A stretch of 64,000 bases of DNA, taken from the NCBI GenBank assembly GCA_963789265.1, contig CAWBKB010000004.1, positions 128,001-192,000 of the forward strand, written 5' to 3'. The DNA is from an uncultured delta proteobacterium. Lineage in GTDB: Bacteria; Desulfobacterota; Desulfomonilia; Desulfomonilales; Desulfomonilaceae. The notes under the pieces are model-generated. The model searched no databases, was not told where the DNA came from, and worked only from the letters and a program-made list of their open reading frames with translations. Positions within the stretch are counted from its first letter, which is position 1; each line of letters opens with the position of its first letter. Positions 20,621 through 31,584 of this stretch are shown in pieces. The translations under genes were made by a program, and so were the position numbers.

Positions 20621-22942
20621 GTGGATCAACAGGAACTACGTAAACTCGAGAAACTTTGCATTCAGGAATGCGCTCCCTGGTGTAGTGCGGCGTGCCCGGT
20701 GCATGTGGACGTCCGGGCGATGAGTGCTGCCCTCGCAAAGGCAGACTTCGCTTCGGCGCTGAAGGTGTTCCGAAAATCCGTCCCCTTTCCGGGGATCATC
20801 AGCCGCGTTTGTGACCATCCCTGTCAAGACGTGTGTAAGCGAAAAGAAGCCGGGTCCGCGGTATCGATTCGTGCTCTGGAACGGGCTGCTCTGACATGGG
20901 CTCCTGATGCAGAAACCAAGTTGTTGGCTGCTCCACGAAAGAACAAACGAGTAGCCGTGGTAGGTGCCGGCCTGAGCGGCCTCACAGCCTCGCTGGATCT
21001 GGTGAAAAAGGGATATGAGGTCGTCCTTTTCGAGGCCACGGACAGATTGGGCGGAAGTCTGTGGGATTACCCGGCGACGGAATTGCCTCCTGAGGTAATT
21101 CTAGAGGATTTTCAGATACTGGCCCCGTTGCCGGTGGAAATCCGCTTCACCACTACCATTGGTCAAGACCTCTCAATTGTCGATCTTCAAAAGGATTTTG
21201 GCGCTGTTTACGCTGGGTCCGGATTCGAGAGCCGGTTCCTAATCGGCCTGGAACTCAACACTGAAGGGTTGGTTTCCGCTAATCCTGAGACATTCGAGAC
21301 GAAGCGGCCGGGTATATTTGCCGGCGGGAGTCTCGTCCGGGGCTCTGAAGAGCGCTCTCCCATCCGGTCAATCTCCGATGGGCGAAGAGCAGCAATCTCC
21401 ATTGACAGATATCTTCAAAAGGTCTCTCTCACCGCATCCCGGGAAACTGAAGGCCCGTACGAAACCCGACTCTACACCGCCACAGAAGGAATCGAACCTC
21501 TTCCCGAAGTCCCCATATCGGATGCAAGTGTGGGGTATTCCGCGGAGAAGGCGGCACAAGAGGCAAAACGGTGTCTACAATGCGAGTGTATGGAATGCGT
21601 CAAGGTGTGTGAATTCCTTGCCGAGTTCAAAGGTTACCCAAAGAAATATGTCAGACAGATTTACAATAATCTCTCCATCGTGATGGGCCAACGTCACGGT
21701 AACAAGCTAATCAATTCGTGCAGTAATTGCGGGCTCTGCAAAGAAGTTTGCCCCGAAGACCTCCACATGGGCGAAGTGTGCATAGCCGCCCGCGAGACCA
21801 TGGTGCAACAAGGCAAAATGCCGGTTTCGGCCCATGAGTTTGCTCTGCGGGACATGGCGTTCAGCAATGGCGATAAATTCGCTGTGAGTCGCCATGAGCC
21901 CGGGATGGCTGCCAGCAGATTTCTTTTCTTTCCCGGTTGCCAGCTCAGCGCCTCCTCTCCCGAAAACGTGAAACGGACTTACGCATACCTAAGAGAGCGG
22001 CTCGAAGGCGGAGTGGGCCTCATGCTGCGCTGCTGCGGGGCTCCGGCGGATTGGGCCGGGCGCCGTAAAGAGTTTTCGGACGTGACATCCCAATTCGAGG
22101 CTCAATGGGCCGAAATGGGCCGACCGGAATTGATCGCGGCCTGCTCGACCTGTTATTCGGTATTCAAGGCTCGCCTTCCGCATGTAAATGTACAATCGTT
22201 GTGGGAGACGTTTGACACTCTGGGATTACCCGAGAGCCCTCGAATGGAGCCCTTCGCTGTGGCGATCCATGATCCTTGCACTTCAAGACATGAGGTGCAT
22301 ATTCACGAAAGCGTTCGAAGCATTCTTAGGAAACTGGGATACGAAGCCCACGAACTCCCTTTAACTCGAAATCGAACCGAGTGCTGTGGATTCGGTGGGC
22401 TCATGTATTTTGCCAATAGGGAGTTGGCGGCGAAGGTCAAGAAGCGTCGGATCGCGGAAAGCCGTTATCACTATCTGGCTTACTGCGCGATGTGCCAAGA
22501 CCAATTTAGATCCGAGGGGAAACCGACCTGGCATCTTTTGGATCTCATCTTCGGCCCCGACGATGTTGAAAAAGCGACTCGACAAGGGCCTGATTATTCC
22601 CGGAGACGGGAGAATCGCGCAAGACTGAAAAATTCTTTGCTGAAGGAACTATGGGGTGAAGATGTGGCCGCGGATCGTGAGACTACAAAGTTGCACATTC
22701 CCGAGCACGTTCGGGAGTTGCTGGAACAGAGAATGATCTTGACGGAAGATATCCGACAGGTCATCGAGTGGGCGGAGAGAACAGGGTTTAAGCTTGTCAG
22801 CGGTGATTCCGGTCATTTCCTTGCTCACCACACTCCGACGACAGTCACTTACTGGGTCGAGTATTCGCGGACAGACGATGGTTTCGCCATCCACAATGCC
22901 TATAGTCACCGCATGGAGATCGTGGAGGAATTGAAACCGTGA
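20621..22942 (+). CDS. Pyridine nucleotide-disulfide oxidoreductase / dicluster / CCG-domain protein (DVU_1558-like)
   Basis: GltD-like N-terminus (CSAACP, VVGAGLSG), CLQCECMECVKVC, and CCG motifs (RCCGAP, ECCGFGG). GTG start at 20621 is inferred. Confidence 0.85.
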   Translation: MDQQELRKLEKLCIQECAPWCSAACPVHVDVRAMSAALAKADFASALKVFRKSVPFPGIISRVCDHPCQDVCKRKEAGSAVSIRALERAALTWAPDAETKLLAAPRKNKRVAVVGAGLSGLTASLDLVKKGYEVVLFEATDRLGGSLWDYPATELPPEVILEDFQILAPLPVEIRFTTTIGQDLSIVDLQKDFGAVYAGSGFESRFLIGLELNTEGLVSANPETFETKRPGIFAGGSLVRGSEERSPIRSISDGRRAAISIDRYLQKVSLTASRETEGPYETRLYTATEGIEPLPEVPISDASVGYSAEKAAQEAKRCLQCECMECVKVCEFLAEFKGYPKKYVRQIYNNLSIVMGQRHGNKLINSCSNCGLCKEVCPEDLHMGEVCIAARETMVQQGKMPVSAHEFALRDMAFSNGDKFAVSRHEPGMAASRFLFFPGCQLSASSPENVKRTYAYLRERLEGGVGLMLRCCGAPADWAGRRKEFSDVTSQFEAQWAEMGRPELIAACSTCYSVFKARLPHVNVQSLWETFDTLGLPESPRMEPFAVAIHDPCTSRHEVHIHESVRSILRKLGYEAHELPLTRNRTECCGFGGLMYFANRELAAKVKKRRIAESRYHYLAYCAMCQDQFRSEGKPTWHLLDLIFGPDDVEKATRQGPDYSRRRENRARLKNSLLKELWGEDVAADRETTKLHIPEHVRELLEQRMILTEDIRQVIEWAERTGFKLVSGDSGHFLAHHTPTTVTYWVEYSRTDDGFAIHNAYSHRMEIVEELKP

Positions 22943-23151
22943 GTGATTATGTTGATCCAGGCGAAGCTCAAGGTTGGTCGTGCGCTAAGTGCGGCATCCC
23001 TCTGGAGATGGGCAAGGTTGAAGTAGCCTACATGGGAAGCAAGTATCCGGTAAGTCTGCCGAGATGTCCCAAATGTGGGGTGGTGTTCATCCCTGAGCGC
23101 TTGGCGCTGGGCAAGATGGCGGAAATCGAGAAATTGTTAGAAGACAAATGA
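22939..23151 (+). CDS. DVU_1557-like small zinc-ribbon/redox protein
   Basis: CAKC...CPKC and C-terminal KMAEIEKLLEDK; position in the operon. Confidence 0.82.
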   Translation: MSDYVDPGEAQGWSCAKCGIPLEMGKVEVAYMGSKYPVSLPRCPKCGVVFIPERLALGKMAEIEKLLEDK

Positions 23152-23158
23152 TAAAATA

Positions 23159-23923
23159 ATGAGTCTCGAAAGCTCCTTCACTGTTTACGAACAGTTGGCC
23201 GAAACGGAATTGGCTGATGAAGGCATCAGACCCGGCGGTATGGGACTAACTGAGCGAGCGTTGACCTGGTGCGGCTTTCCCCCTGGTTGCAGGATTCTCG
23301 ATGTAGGTTGTGGAAGCGGGGTCACATTGAACCGGCTGGTCCGCGAGCATGATTTCTTGGCAATAGGCATAGACGCGTCTCCCCATCTCCTGAATCAGGC
23401 CCGCTTGAAAAATCCTGCATTGGCGGTCGTTCGCGCCGCGGGAGAGTATCTCTCGTTTCCGGACGAGTGCGCAGACGGGGTGTTCGCCGAGTGCAGTCTA
23501 TCGGTAATGGATGACCCTGGAAGGGCCTTGGACGAATTCCGGCGAGTCCTCAAAATCGGCGGCAAATTGATCCTCACCGACGTGTATGCTAGAAATCCGG
23601 AAAACATTGCGCAATTGGCTTGTGTGCCGATCGATTGCTGTCTGAGAGGAGCGATTTCTCGCGCAGAACTTTTTGAGAGGCTGACAAGTCGTGACTTCAG
23701 AATCGACCTGTGGGAGGATCACACGGATCTGCTGACGCAGTTTTCCGTCCAGTTGATCCTTTCTTACGGCTCAATGAGTCAATTTTGGCTGAAAGCGGGC
23801 TCGAACTCAGTCGATCCCGAGCAGATGAAGCGAACGATATCCGAAGCGAAACCGGGCTACTTTCTGCTCGTCGCTCAAAAGACGGCAGGCTGCGGCACTT
23901 TGAAAGCAGGCATCTCGCAATGA
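23159..23923 (+). CDS. Class I SAM methyltransferase (DVU_1556-like)
   Basis: Motifs RPGG, ILDVGCGSG, AECSLS and KPGYFLLVA. Confidence 0.85.
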   Translation: MSLESSFTVYEQLAETELADEGIRPGGMGLTERALTWCGFPPGCRILDVGCGSGVTLNRLVREHDFLAIGIDASPHLLNQARLKNPALAVVRAAGEYLSFPDECADGVFAECSLSVMDDPGRALDEFRRVLKIGGKLILTDVYARNPENIAQLACVPIDCCLRGAISRAELFERLTSRDFRIDLWEDHTDLLTQFSVQLILSYGSMSQFWLKAGSNSVDPEQMKRTISEAKPGYFLLVAQKTAGCGTLKAGISQ

Positions 23924-24372
23924 ACGATGAGATTTTACGCATGTTAGAGCTGGCCGGGCAGGGTTTTCATTGCAGCCAAATTCTGCTTTTCATGGGACTG
24001 GATGCCCAGGGAAAGCAAAACTCCGACCTCATACGGGCCATGGCAGGGCTTGCAGGCGGGGTAGGATTCTGTGGAGACATCTGCGGCGCATTGACCGGTG
24101 GAGTCTGTTTGTTGGCTTTATACGCCGGTAGAGGAATCCCGGATGAGGAAGAAGACCCCAGGCTCAACGTCATGATCAGCGAATTGGTTGAATGGTTCAC
24201 AGAGGAGTTTTCGGAGTGCTACGGAGGCATTCATTGCCGAGAGATCCTGGCCGACGATCCTAGAAACCAAACCTCCAGGTGTCCGCAACTTGTGACGCGA
24301 ACCTACGAAAAGGTGAAATCACTACTTCTTGACAATGAATTCGACCTTTCCGAGGGACGTGATGGCGTCTGA
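23920..24372 (+). CDS. C-GCAxxG-C-C family putative redox protein (DVU_1555-like)
   Basis: Motifs GFHCSQ, ICGALTGG, IHC and RCPQ; ATGA coupling to the upstream gene. Confidence 0.85.
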   Translation: MNDEILRMLELAGQGFHCSQILLFMGLDAQGKQNSDLIRAMAGLAGGVGFCGDICGALTGGVCLLALYAGRGIPDEEEDPRLNVMISELVEWFTEEFSECYGGIHCREILADDPRNQTSRCPQLVTRTYEKVKSLLLDNEFDLSEGRDGV

Positions 24373-25732
24373 GAATACCGGCCCTTTGTTCCAGACGCAA
24401 AGCCTTTGCCCGGAATGCTTGAGGCGAATACCCGCTGTCCGGTTCGAGCGCGGAAACGACCTCTGTATGAGGAAAACATGTCCTGAACACGGTGAATTTC
24501 AGGTCGTTCTATGGCGTGGCGATCCGTCATACTTGAGCTGGATTCGCCCGCCCAAGATCCCGAGTTATCCCGAAAAACCCACTAACCAAGTTGTTGAAGG
24601 CTGCCCTTTTGATTGCGGCCTCTGTCCGGATCACCGTCAGCATACGTGCACCGCTCTTATGGAAGTGACTCAGCGATGTAATCTGCGCTGCGCGTTCTGT
24701 TTTGCAGATGCAAACAAGTCATGTCAGCCCGATCCGGATATGGCGACGATTCGACGCTGGTACGGGACACTTCTCTCCACGGAGAAATCCTGCAACATTC
24801 AGCTTTCCGGCGGGGAACCGACCCTTCGCGACGATCTCCCCGAGATTGTGGCCCTTGGGCGGTATATGGGATGCCGGTTCATTCAAATAAACACTAACGG
24901 GTTGCGACTAGCGACCGACCCCGTTTACGTAGAAAAGCTCAAAAGTGCCGGCTTGTCTTCTGTGTTTCTTCAGTTTGACGGAATGCAGGACGACATTTAT
25001 CTAAAATTAAGAGGAGCGCCCTGTCTCACCTCAAAACTGGCCGCGATCGAGACCTGTCGCGAGCAAGGAATCGGGGTCGTGCTCGTTCCCACTGTGGTCC
25101 CAGGCGTGAATGATCACGCACTAGGCACTATAGTTGAATTTGCGCTCAAGAACCTCGATGTAATCAGCGGTGTGCATTTTCAGCCTGTGAGTTACTTCGG
25201 CAGATATCCCGCGATTCCATCTGATGCGAACCGCATCACAATACCTGAGGTTATCCGAAAGCTGGAGATCCAGACAGAAGGGCTTCTCAGGGCTGAAAGT
25301 TTTAAGCCTCCGGGGTGTGAAAATGCTCTGTGCTCCTTTCACGGTACTTTCGTGCTTATGCCCGATTCCAGCGTGATAGCACTGACTAATCACAACCTTG
25401 TTGACTGCAGGTGCGGCCCCGTAAATGCCGCTGAAGGCGCTCTGAAGAGTAGGCAGTTTGTTGCTCGGAACTGGTCTTGGAAAGAAAGCACCGCGCGGTC
25501 ACACTCAAAAAGCGACTTTTCAATGGGCCGGTGGGACGTGCTATTGGAGCGCTCTTCCACCCACAAGCTCTGCATTTCGGGTATGGCGTTTCAAGACGTG
25601 TGGAACATTGATTTGGAACGTCTTAGGGATTGCTGCATTCACGTGATTAGCCGGGATGGCAGACTCATCCCATTCTGTGCTTACAATCTTACAAGCTCAG
25701 CCGGTCGCTCCCTGTTCGGAAGGGGACAGTGA
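24362..25732 (+). CDS. trsS: Radical SAM protein (TrsS/DVU_1554-like), Cys form
   Basis: Motifs SLCPEC, CPFDCGLC, CNLRCAFC, DCCIHV and IPFCAYN; no in-frame TGA. Confidence 0.8.
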   Translation: MASENTGPLFQTQSLCPECLRRIPAVRFERGNDLCMRKTCPEHGEFQVVLWRGDPSYLSWIRPPKIPSYPEKPTNQVVEGCPFDCGLCPDHRQHTCTALMEVTQRCNLRCAFCFADANKSCQPDPDMATIRRWYGTLLSTEKSCNIQLSGGEPTLRDDLPEIVALGRYMGCRFIQINTNGLRLATDPVYVEKLKSAGLSSVFLQFDGMQDDIYLKLRGAPCLTSKLAAIETCREQGIGVVLVPTVVPGVNDHALGTIVEFALKNLDVISGVHFQPVSYFGRYPAIPSDANRITIPEVIRKLEIQTEGLLRAESFKPPGCENALCSFHGTFVLMPDSSVIALTNHNLVDCRCGPVNAAEGALKSRQFVARNWSWKESTARSHSKSDFSMGRWDVLLERSSTHKLCISGMAFQDVWNIDLERLRDCCIHVISRDGRLIPFCAYNLTSSAGRSLFGRGQ

Positions 25733-25735
25733 CCG

Positions 25736-26815
25736 ATGGAGAAGACGCTTTTGGAACGTTGGATCGCGGGCAAGATTGGATGCCTCTTTGGCGACCTCAC
25801 TGAAAATGACATCCGTCAATACCAACTTGAGCGGTTGCGAGAAACTATCGATTACGTCACCGAGAAGAGCCCATTCTACCGCCCCAGACTCCAGGGATTT
25901 TGCGCTACAGATCTGAAGACCATCAATGATGTGGAGCTCCTGCCATACACGAGGCCTCGGGACATCCAGAAAAATGGGCCCCAATTTCTTTGCGTCTCCC
26001 AGAGTCAAATCGAGCGCGTAGTAACTCTTCAGTCATCCGGCGACACCGAACAGCCGAGACGCTTGTATTTCACTCGCGAAGACCTTGAACTCACTGTTGA
26101 TTTCTTTTTTCACGGAATGTCTATGCTGGTGAAGCCCGGCCAGAGAGTGCTCATACTTATGCCCGGCCAAACGCCGAATTCCGTGGGGGATCTCTTGGCT
26201 CGAGCTTTGAAACGCATGGGTGTGGAAGGCATTGTGCATGGTTACGTGGAAGATCCTTCGGAGACGGTTCGCGAGATTTTGCAGCGGGAAATTGACTCCC
26301 TTGTCGGCTTTCCCTTCCAGGTGCTATCCGTAGCCAGTCATAGTGCAGCAAGGAGAGTCCCTCCCGGTCAAATCAAGAGTGTCTTGCTCAGTCCGGAGGC
26401 CTGTCTGAATTCGCCCAATGTTCCAGCCGCTATTGTCAATGAATTACAAAGGATCTGGAACTGTCCCGTCTTCAACCACTATGGAACCACGGAGATGGGC
26501 TTCAGCGGAGGAGTGGAATGTTGGGCTCTGTCCGGATACCATCTTCGTGAAACTGACCTTTACTTCGAAATCGTTGAACCGAATTCGGGTGTTCCGCTGC
26601 CTGAAGGTGAGTTAGGCGAGATCGTCTTTACCACGTTGACCCGAAATGGAATGCCTCTGATCCGCTACCGAACCGGCCATTTGGCAAGGTTTCTTGCTGA
26701 GCCCTGCTCGTGCGGGACTGTGTTACGGAGGATGGAAAAGGTGCGGGGCGGAATGTATAATGCGAGTCTGCATTCCATCTCACTTGAATGCAAATCGGTA
26801 CCAACACGGAGTTGA
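25736..26815 (+). CDS. Phenylacetate-CoA ligase-like AMP-dependent ligase (DVU_1553-like)
   Basis: Motifs SSG, HYGTTEMG, GEIVFTTL, PLIRYRTG and PCSCG. Confidence 0.82.
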   Translation: MEKTLLERWIAGKIGCLFGDLTENDIRQYQLERLRETIDYVTEKSPFYRPRLQGFCATDLKTINDVELLPYTRPRDIQKNGPQFLCVSQSQIERVVTLQSSGDTEQPRRLYFTREDLELTVDFFFHGMSMLVKPGQRVLILMPGQTPNSVGDLLARALKRMGVEGIVHGYVEDPSETVREILQREIDSLVGFPFQVLSVASHSAARRVPPGQIKSVLLSPEACLNSPNVPAAIVNELQRIWNCPVFNHYGTTEMGFSGGVECWALSGYHLRETDLYFEIVEPNSGVPLPEGELGEIVFTTLTRNGMPLIRYRTGHLARFLAEPCSCGTVLRRMEKVRGGMYNASLHSISLECKSVPTRS

Positions 26816-26818
26816 GCT

Positions 26819-27867
26819 ATGGGCAGGCTCGTTCAAACCATCTGTAAACTACTCGAGGACGGAGAAGACTTGATGACTGGCAACGATCCTAAGCCACGAA
26901 GGTTCAACTCCGCGAACAGCCGGCACGAAAATGGTAATACGCTCCGGTGGTGACAGCATTGCGACCGTTGGAGGGGGATTGGTGGAAGCTGAAGTAGTGC
27001 GGGTAGCTGACGAGGTGTTTAGAAACTCGCAGCGCTCGGATAAGAGGTTTCGACCTGACCGGTGTCAACATGGAAGGAATGGATCTGGTTTGCGGCGGGC
27101 GATTGGAAATCCTCGTGGAGTTTGTGACTGCAAGCCCTGCGAACCTACAGGTGTTTCAAGGGTTGTCCCGGGCGATGAGTGAAGGAAAGAAGACTTACCT
27201 CGTGGCCGACCTCGGCGTCATCGGGAAAAATCCGAGACAAGTTGACAGATGTTTGATTGGTGAAGACGGCACGATATGCGGTGGGGCATGCTCAGCGAGC
27301 GTGACGGAAATACTGAAGCGTTGGACGGGCAAAGAGAGATATCCAATTCTGCTTACCGCGGATAACCACCGGTACATAATCGAACCGTCCTTTGCCCCTG
27401 GCAGTGTTTACATGTTCGGCGCAGGGCACGTGTCGCAGCAGGTTGCTCCCTTGGCGAAGCTGGTGGATTTCCGGATCGTGGTATTGGATGATAGGCCGGA
27501 GTTTGCCAATCGTGACCGGTTCCCGGGCTGCGACGAGGTAAAAACCATAGCGTCATTTGAGGGAGCGCTCGATAAATTTGAGATTGATGAAGACAGTTAC
27601 ATAGTGATTCTTACGCGAGGACATCTTCACGATAAAACTGTGCTGGAACAAGCTCTCAAGACAAATGCCCATTATATAGGCATGATAGGCAGTCGGAAAA
27701 AGCGGGACAGGATTTTCGCCGACCTTAGGGATATAGGGTTTGTTGACAGGGATCTCCAGAGAGTACATGCGCCAATAGGCACAGACATCGGCGCTGAGAC
27801 GCCTGAGGAGATTGGCATAAGCATAGTGGGGGAACTAATTAAGGCAAGAGCCACGCGAGGTGCCTGA
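26819..27867 (+). CDS. xdhC: XdhC family molybdoenzyme maturation factor, with two +1 frameshifts (~26876, ~27033)
   Basis: Three reading-frame segments: MGRLVQTICKLLEDGEDL / LATILSHEGSTPRTAGTKM...VGGGLVE / CGG...FGAGHV...TRGH...IGMIGS...PIG...AETPEEI. Confidence 0.85.
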
Positions 27868-28120
27868 ACAGCCATGATGAGATAATGTTTCCCCGCTCAC
27901 AGGCTGTGGCAACGCCTGCCCTGAACTATGGAACCGCATGCTACACCAGAAGTAACCTAATTATCTTCATCTCCTAACGAAAATCGAATCTTTTTCTTAA
28001 GAAAAAGTAGTGCCTTCCAAAAGGAATTCTCACACGGTTCTGCTTTCATGTAATCGAGTAAGAATCCGCGGGTCCGAACACGCTAAGAGTGGGGGAGGGC
28101 TAAGGCGTCACCGATTGCCT

Positions 28121-28393
28121 TATACCAGTGCGCGATCAAACAAGTGACAATCCCCGCGAGGATATGGTGGGGCATCCCGCGCGGAACGCGGGACTGCCTG
28201 CCATTGGTCACCCCGGACTTCGATCCGGGGTCCAGTCTGGATGCTCGCGTACGCGGGCATGACGACAGGCTGGAGTTCCAGGAATCCGAGAAGGTGTCCC
28301 TGCTGGATGCTCGCGTACGCGGGCATGACGACAGGCAAGATGCCTGTCCCACTAAAAACACGATGTCACTTGTTTGAAAGCGAATCGGTATTA
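28121..28393 (+). repeat. MITE-like composite repeat, copy 1
   Basis: TIRs TATACCAGTGCGCGATCAAACAAGTGACA / TGTCACTTGTTTGAAAGCGAATCGGTATTA. Internal tandem CTGGATGCTCGCGTACGCGGGCATGACGAC occurs twice. Confidence 0.8.
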
Positions 28394-28545
28394 GACATTT
28401 CACCGCATATTGGAAGATCCACTCCGTTGGAGAGCATAAGACATGAGTGAGCCCTGGACCGATACGATGAGGCATATTCGAGAGCAACGTCTATCCGGCA
28501 CCAAACCCAAACAAGGGCTTCGTCCCTTAATAGCGGCCAACGTCT

Positions 28546-28893
28546 ATGGAGGACCGAACAATGGGATACTTGCCGTCGGATGATTCAATATTCGCAACCA
28601 AGAGGGCCACAGAGAGGACGCTGTCTCTTATCTTGAAGGGGAAGAACTTCAACTTAGACGATTGTTACGACTTCGCTTGCGTCCTAAAGTGGATGAAGGA
28701 GTCTCACGAAGAACTGTCTCTTTTCCCTGAGGAGCAGGATCGGTTTGCTTTATTTTGCTTGAATTCCTATGCATTTCCTAAGAACCGAGTAAAATGGGGA
28801 TTGCAGATACTTGGGAATGCACTGCAGAAACTAAGATACAGAGAAGAATTAGGTAGTCCATCTTGCCTCCGGAAAGAGCAGACTTATCAGTAG
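28546..28893 (+). CDS. Hypothetical protein
   Basis: 115-aa ORF with natural composition; no recognised motif. Confidence 0.5.
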   Translation: MEDRTMGYLPSDDSIFATKRATERTLSLILKGKNFNLDDCYDFACVLKWMKESHEELSLFPEEQDRFALFCLNSYAFPKNRVKWGLQILGNALQKLRYREELGSPSCLRKEQTYQ

Positions 28894-29100
28894 ATAAGCC
28901 TGTAAGCGTCCGCGCAAGGCGGTCAACGCATCTGTCGAATCGTAATGCGTGCCGGCACCTGGTGCAGACTGGTGGACGGTCCCGCGAGTCGAGCCACAGC
29001 CTGTCGCCGATGGATGGGCAGGATGCCCATCCCCACCCCAAAATTTTCGTCGCCTCCGATCAAAAACGCAATAATCCGTGCATCATACAAAATTCGGCCG

Positions 29101-30646
29101 CTAAAGGAGCTCCTCGGCCAGGCCGGCCAGGGGAGAACGAACGGTGTCTTTGAAATTTACAATACCAACCGTCCGTTGATTTGCCATCTTACTCATTGCA
29201 TAAGCCAAACCGCTGGTCTTGCGATCCAATCTGCGATTCCGATCGATCTGCCCCAGATCTCCAGTGAACACCATCTTGGAATTTGATCCTGCCCTGGTAA
29301 TAATGGTCTTGACCTGGTGAGGGGTCAAATTTTGAGCTTCGTCGATGACTATAAAAGATTTGTGGTAGGTAACTCCCCTAATATAATCAAGTGGTTTGAC
29401 TACGATCTTCTTGTTATCCTGAAGCCTCGCAATTAATTCCCCGTTTTCGGGTCTTACGCTTCCCAAGAATGAAAACGCCTGTGATATGGGTTCCATCCAC
29501 GGAGACATTTTTTCATCGAGCCCTCCGGGCAAGAACCCTATTTCATCTCGATCTTCCAGGTGAATCATGGGGCGTGCGATGACTATGTTAGTGTATTTTT
29601 TTCTCTGTTCCAGCGCGCCGGCAAGGGCTATCAAAGTCTTGCCGGTACCGGCGCCACCCTGCAAGAATACAAGACTGATTTCGGGATCGAGTAGTTGTGC
29701 AAGAGCAACGTACTGTGACCAGTTGTTTCTACTATCTCTCCCGTGGAATTTGTCCTTGTCGGCCCCATTGCCATTGGTTTCGAGCGTAAACGGCCTTAAT
29801 CCAAAGACCTCTATGTTAGATGGAATAATCTTGAAGTGGTCCCCTTTAAAAAGAGCGGCAAATGATTCCTCCCAATCCCCTGCCATCTTGCTCCAGCAAA
29901 CTACTCCCTCATTGTGTTGCACAGGTTCAAGATCCTGAGCGCGGCACTCGCGTTTCTCAAATGTGTCCCCGATTTGAGAAAGGCTTTCCGGCGGGACATG
30001 GACACGTTTGAGGCAACTGTGAAACACAGCGTCCACCTGATTGTAAGGATAATCTTCAGCCCTTATTCCAAGCTCCCTCGCCTGAACTCTCACGATGGTA
30101 TCCCGGGACATCACCAAGACTTCGGTTTTCCCATTAGGATTTACCTGAAGAGAGCGGGCAGTTGCGATGATCTGGTGGTCGGCTTTGTCCTTCTGGAGAT
30201 CGTTCTTGAAGTACTTACGGCCAGGCTTGGGCTCTATTCTAAAAGAATCAGTGTCAGTTTGAGCCAGTTTCTTCTATTCTTCTTATGACTTCCCTTGCAT
30301 CCCAGCCGATATTGGGCTTATTTTTCAATTGGTCCAATTCTTCCAGAACAATCCACGGAACAACAAGCACATTGTCGTCTGTACACAGAATTTCGAGGGA
30401 TTCGGGGTCGTGGACGAGGACGCTCGTGTCCAATACAATTATTTTCTTCTTGTCTCCGGCTTCGCATTCATTCGGCTTTTCCACCTGCCCATTCAGATTT
30501 CTTAAACGTGATCGCTTGGAAAATCGACTTGTGCTATCAGGATGAGTGGCGATAAGCCCTGATCTGTCTCCAAGAATTCCGTTAGGTTGTGATCGAAATC
30601 GATTTCGTTGGGTCGCGCTTCCGCTAAATCTATGTTTAGAATTCAT
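29101..30646 (-). CDS. PIN-PhoH (PhoH2-type) protein, with a +1 frameshift near 30268
   Basis: PIN domain IVLDTSVL...VLEELD...DHQII...SRD; PhoH domain GGAGTGKT, IGFLPG, YIRG, IDEAQN, TGDLGQID and VRS. Confidence 0.88.
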
Positions 30647-31232
30647 GATTGATGACCTGACGTGCCTCCTTTCAGGTTGTTATCATGGAAGCTTCGAACG
30701 TGAGGCGCAAAGAGAAGGCAAGCAAACTCCAACGTCCGTTCCACTAGCAGAGCAAGCGGTTCTTTCTTCGTTTCAAAACCGGAGTAGCACGTTCACGGAA
30801 GATTTTCAACCCAACCTTTAGAATTATTAGTTAATCTTACGCTAGGTTCACATTATCTTTCGATTAGGTGACAGCCTCAGACAATCGGTTGGCATCGGAT
30901 ATCTGCCCCATTTCCTGCTACATTCCGGGCGGCTCGAAATCCAAGACCGGGGAGCCCCAAGCGTAGCAGGGAATTGTCGAGGAGACAGAGTGTGACCCGT
31001 CGGTGGCGAGTGAGGCGATCGGTTGCACCATTGTTGTTAAATGCTATCTTCAACATTCACTCGGACATGCATCAGTAGCAGCAAAGCGGGCTGTGGGCTA
31101 TGGCATTCGCAGAAACCTGGCACGAAGTTTGCTGGCAAGATGGGAGCCAGGCTTGGTTCAAACACGACCTGTAAGTAAATACATGATTCTCGGGATTCTT
31201 CCAAGACGAAACTGATTTGAAGGAGTGTTTCC

Positions 31233-31556
31233 ATGGAAAGTGAGCGACCCGGAAAGTCTGCACTCGCCGAGCTTTCGCGTGGCTGGGAGAGCTTGCTTCA
31301 GGCGCAATGTTTGTCCGCGGAATCTGCGTATCGCATCCGTAAACTCCTCGACCGTGCCTTGCCGCTTGCCGACAAAACGTTTCTTAAGACCATCAGGGGA
31401 CGTGAGATGATACTGCAATGCACGGAACAGACGCGGCTCCTCCACATTGAATTGGAATCGCGAGGTGAACGACTTTATGAAGTCCTGACTGACCTGGAAA
31501 AGACTTACGAAGATCTTCTCAAGAAGGCTTACGAGTTTCGCATCAAAGCGGGGTAA
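31233..31556 (+). CDS. Hypothetical helical protein
   Basis: 107-aa ORF with AAGGAG RBS. Confidence 0.6.
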   Translation: MESERPGKSALAELSRGWESLLQAQCLSAESAYRIRKLLDRALPLADKTFLKTIRGREMILQCTEQTRLLHIELESRGERLYEVLTDLEKTYEDLLKKAYEFRIKAG

Positions 31557-31584
31557 AGAGAACTTTGCCGGGCAATTCGACGTG

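Noticed and set aside
28238..28335. Two direct repeats of about 30 bp resembling a mini CRISPR array
   Set aside because: Only two units, lying inside a dispersed MITE, with no cas genes in the window.
28083..28487. Short ORFs over repeats (also 31652-31924, 36206-36403, 48526-48979)
   Set aside because: They are translations of MITE/REP sequence.
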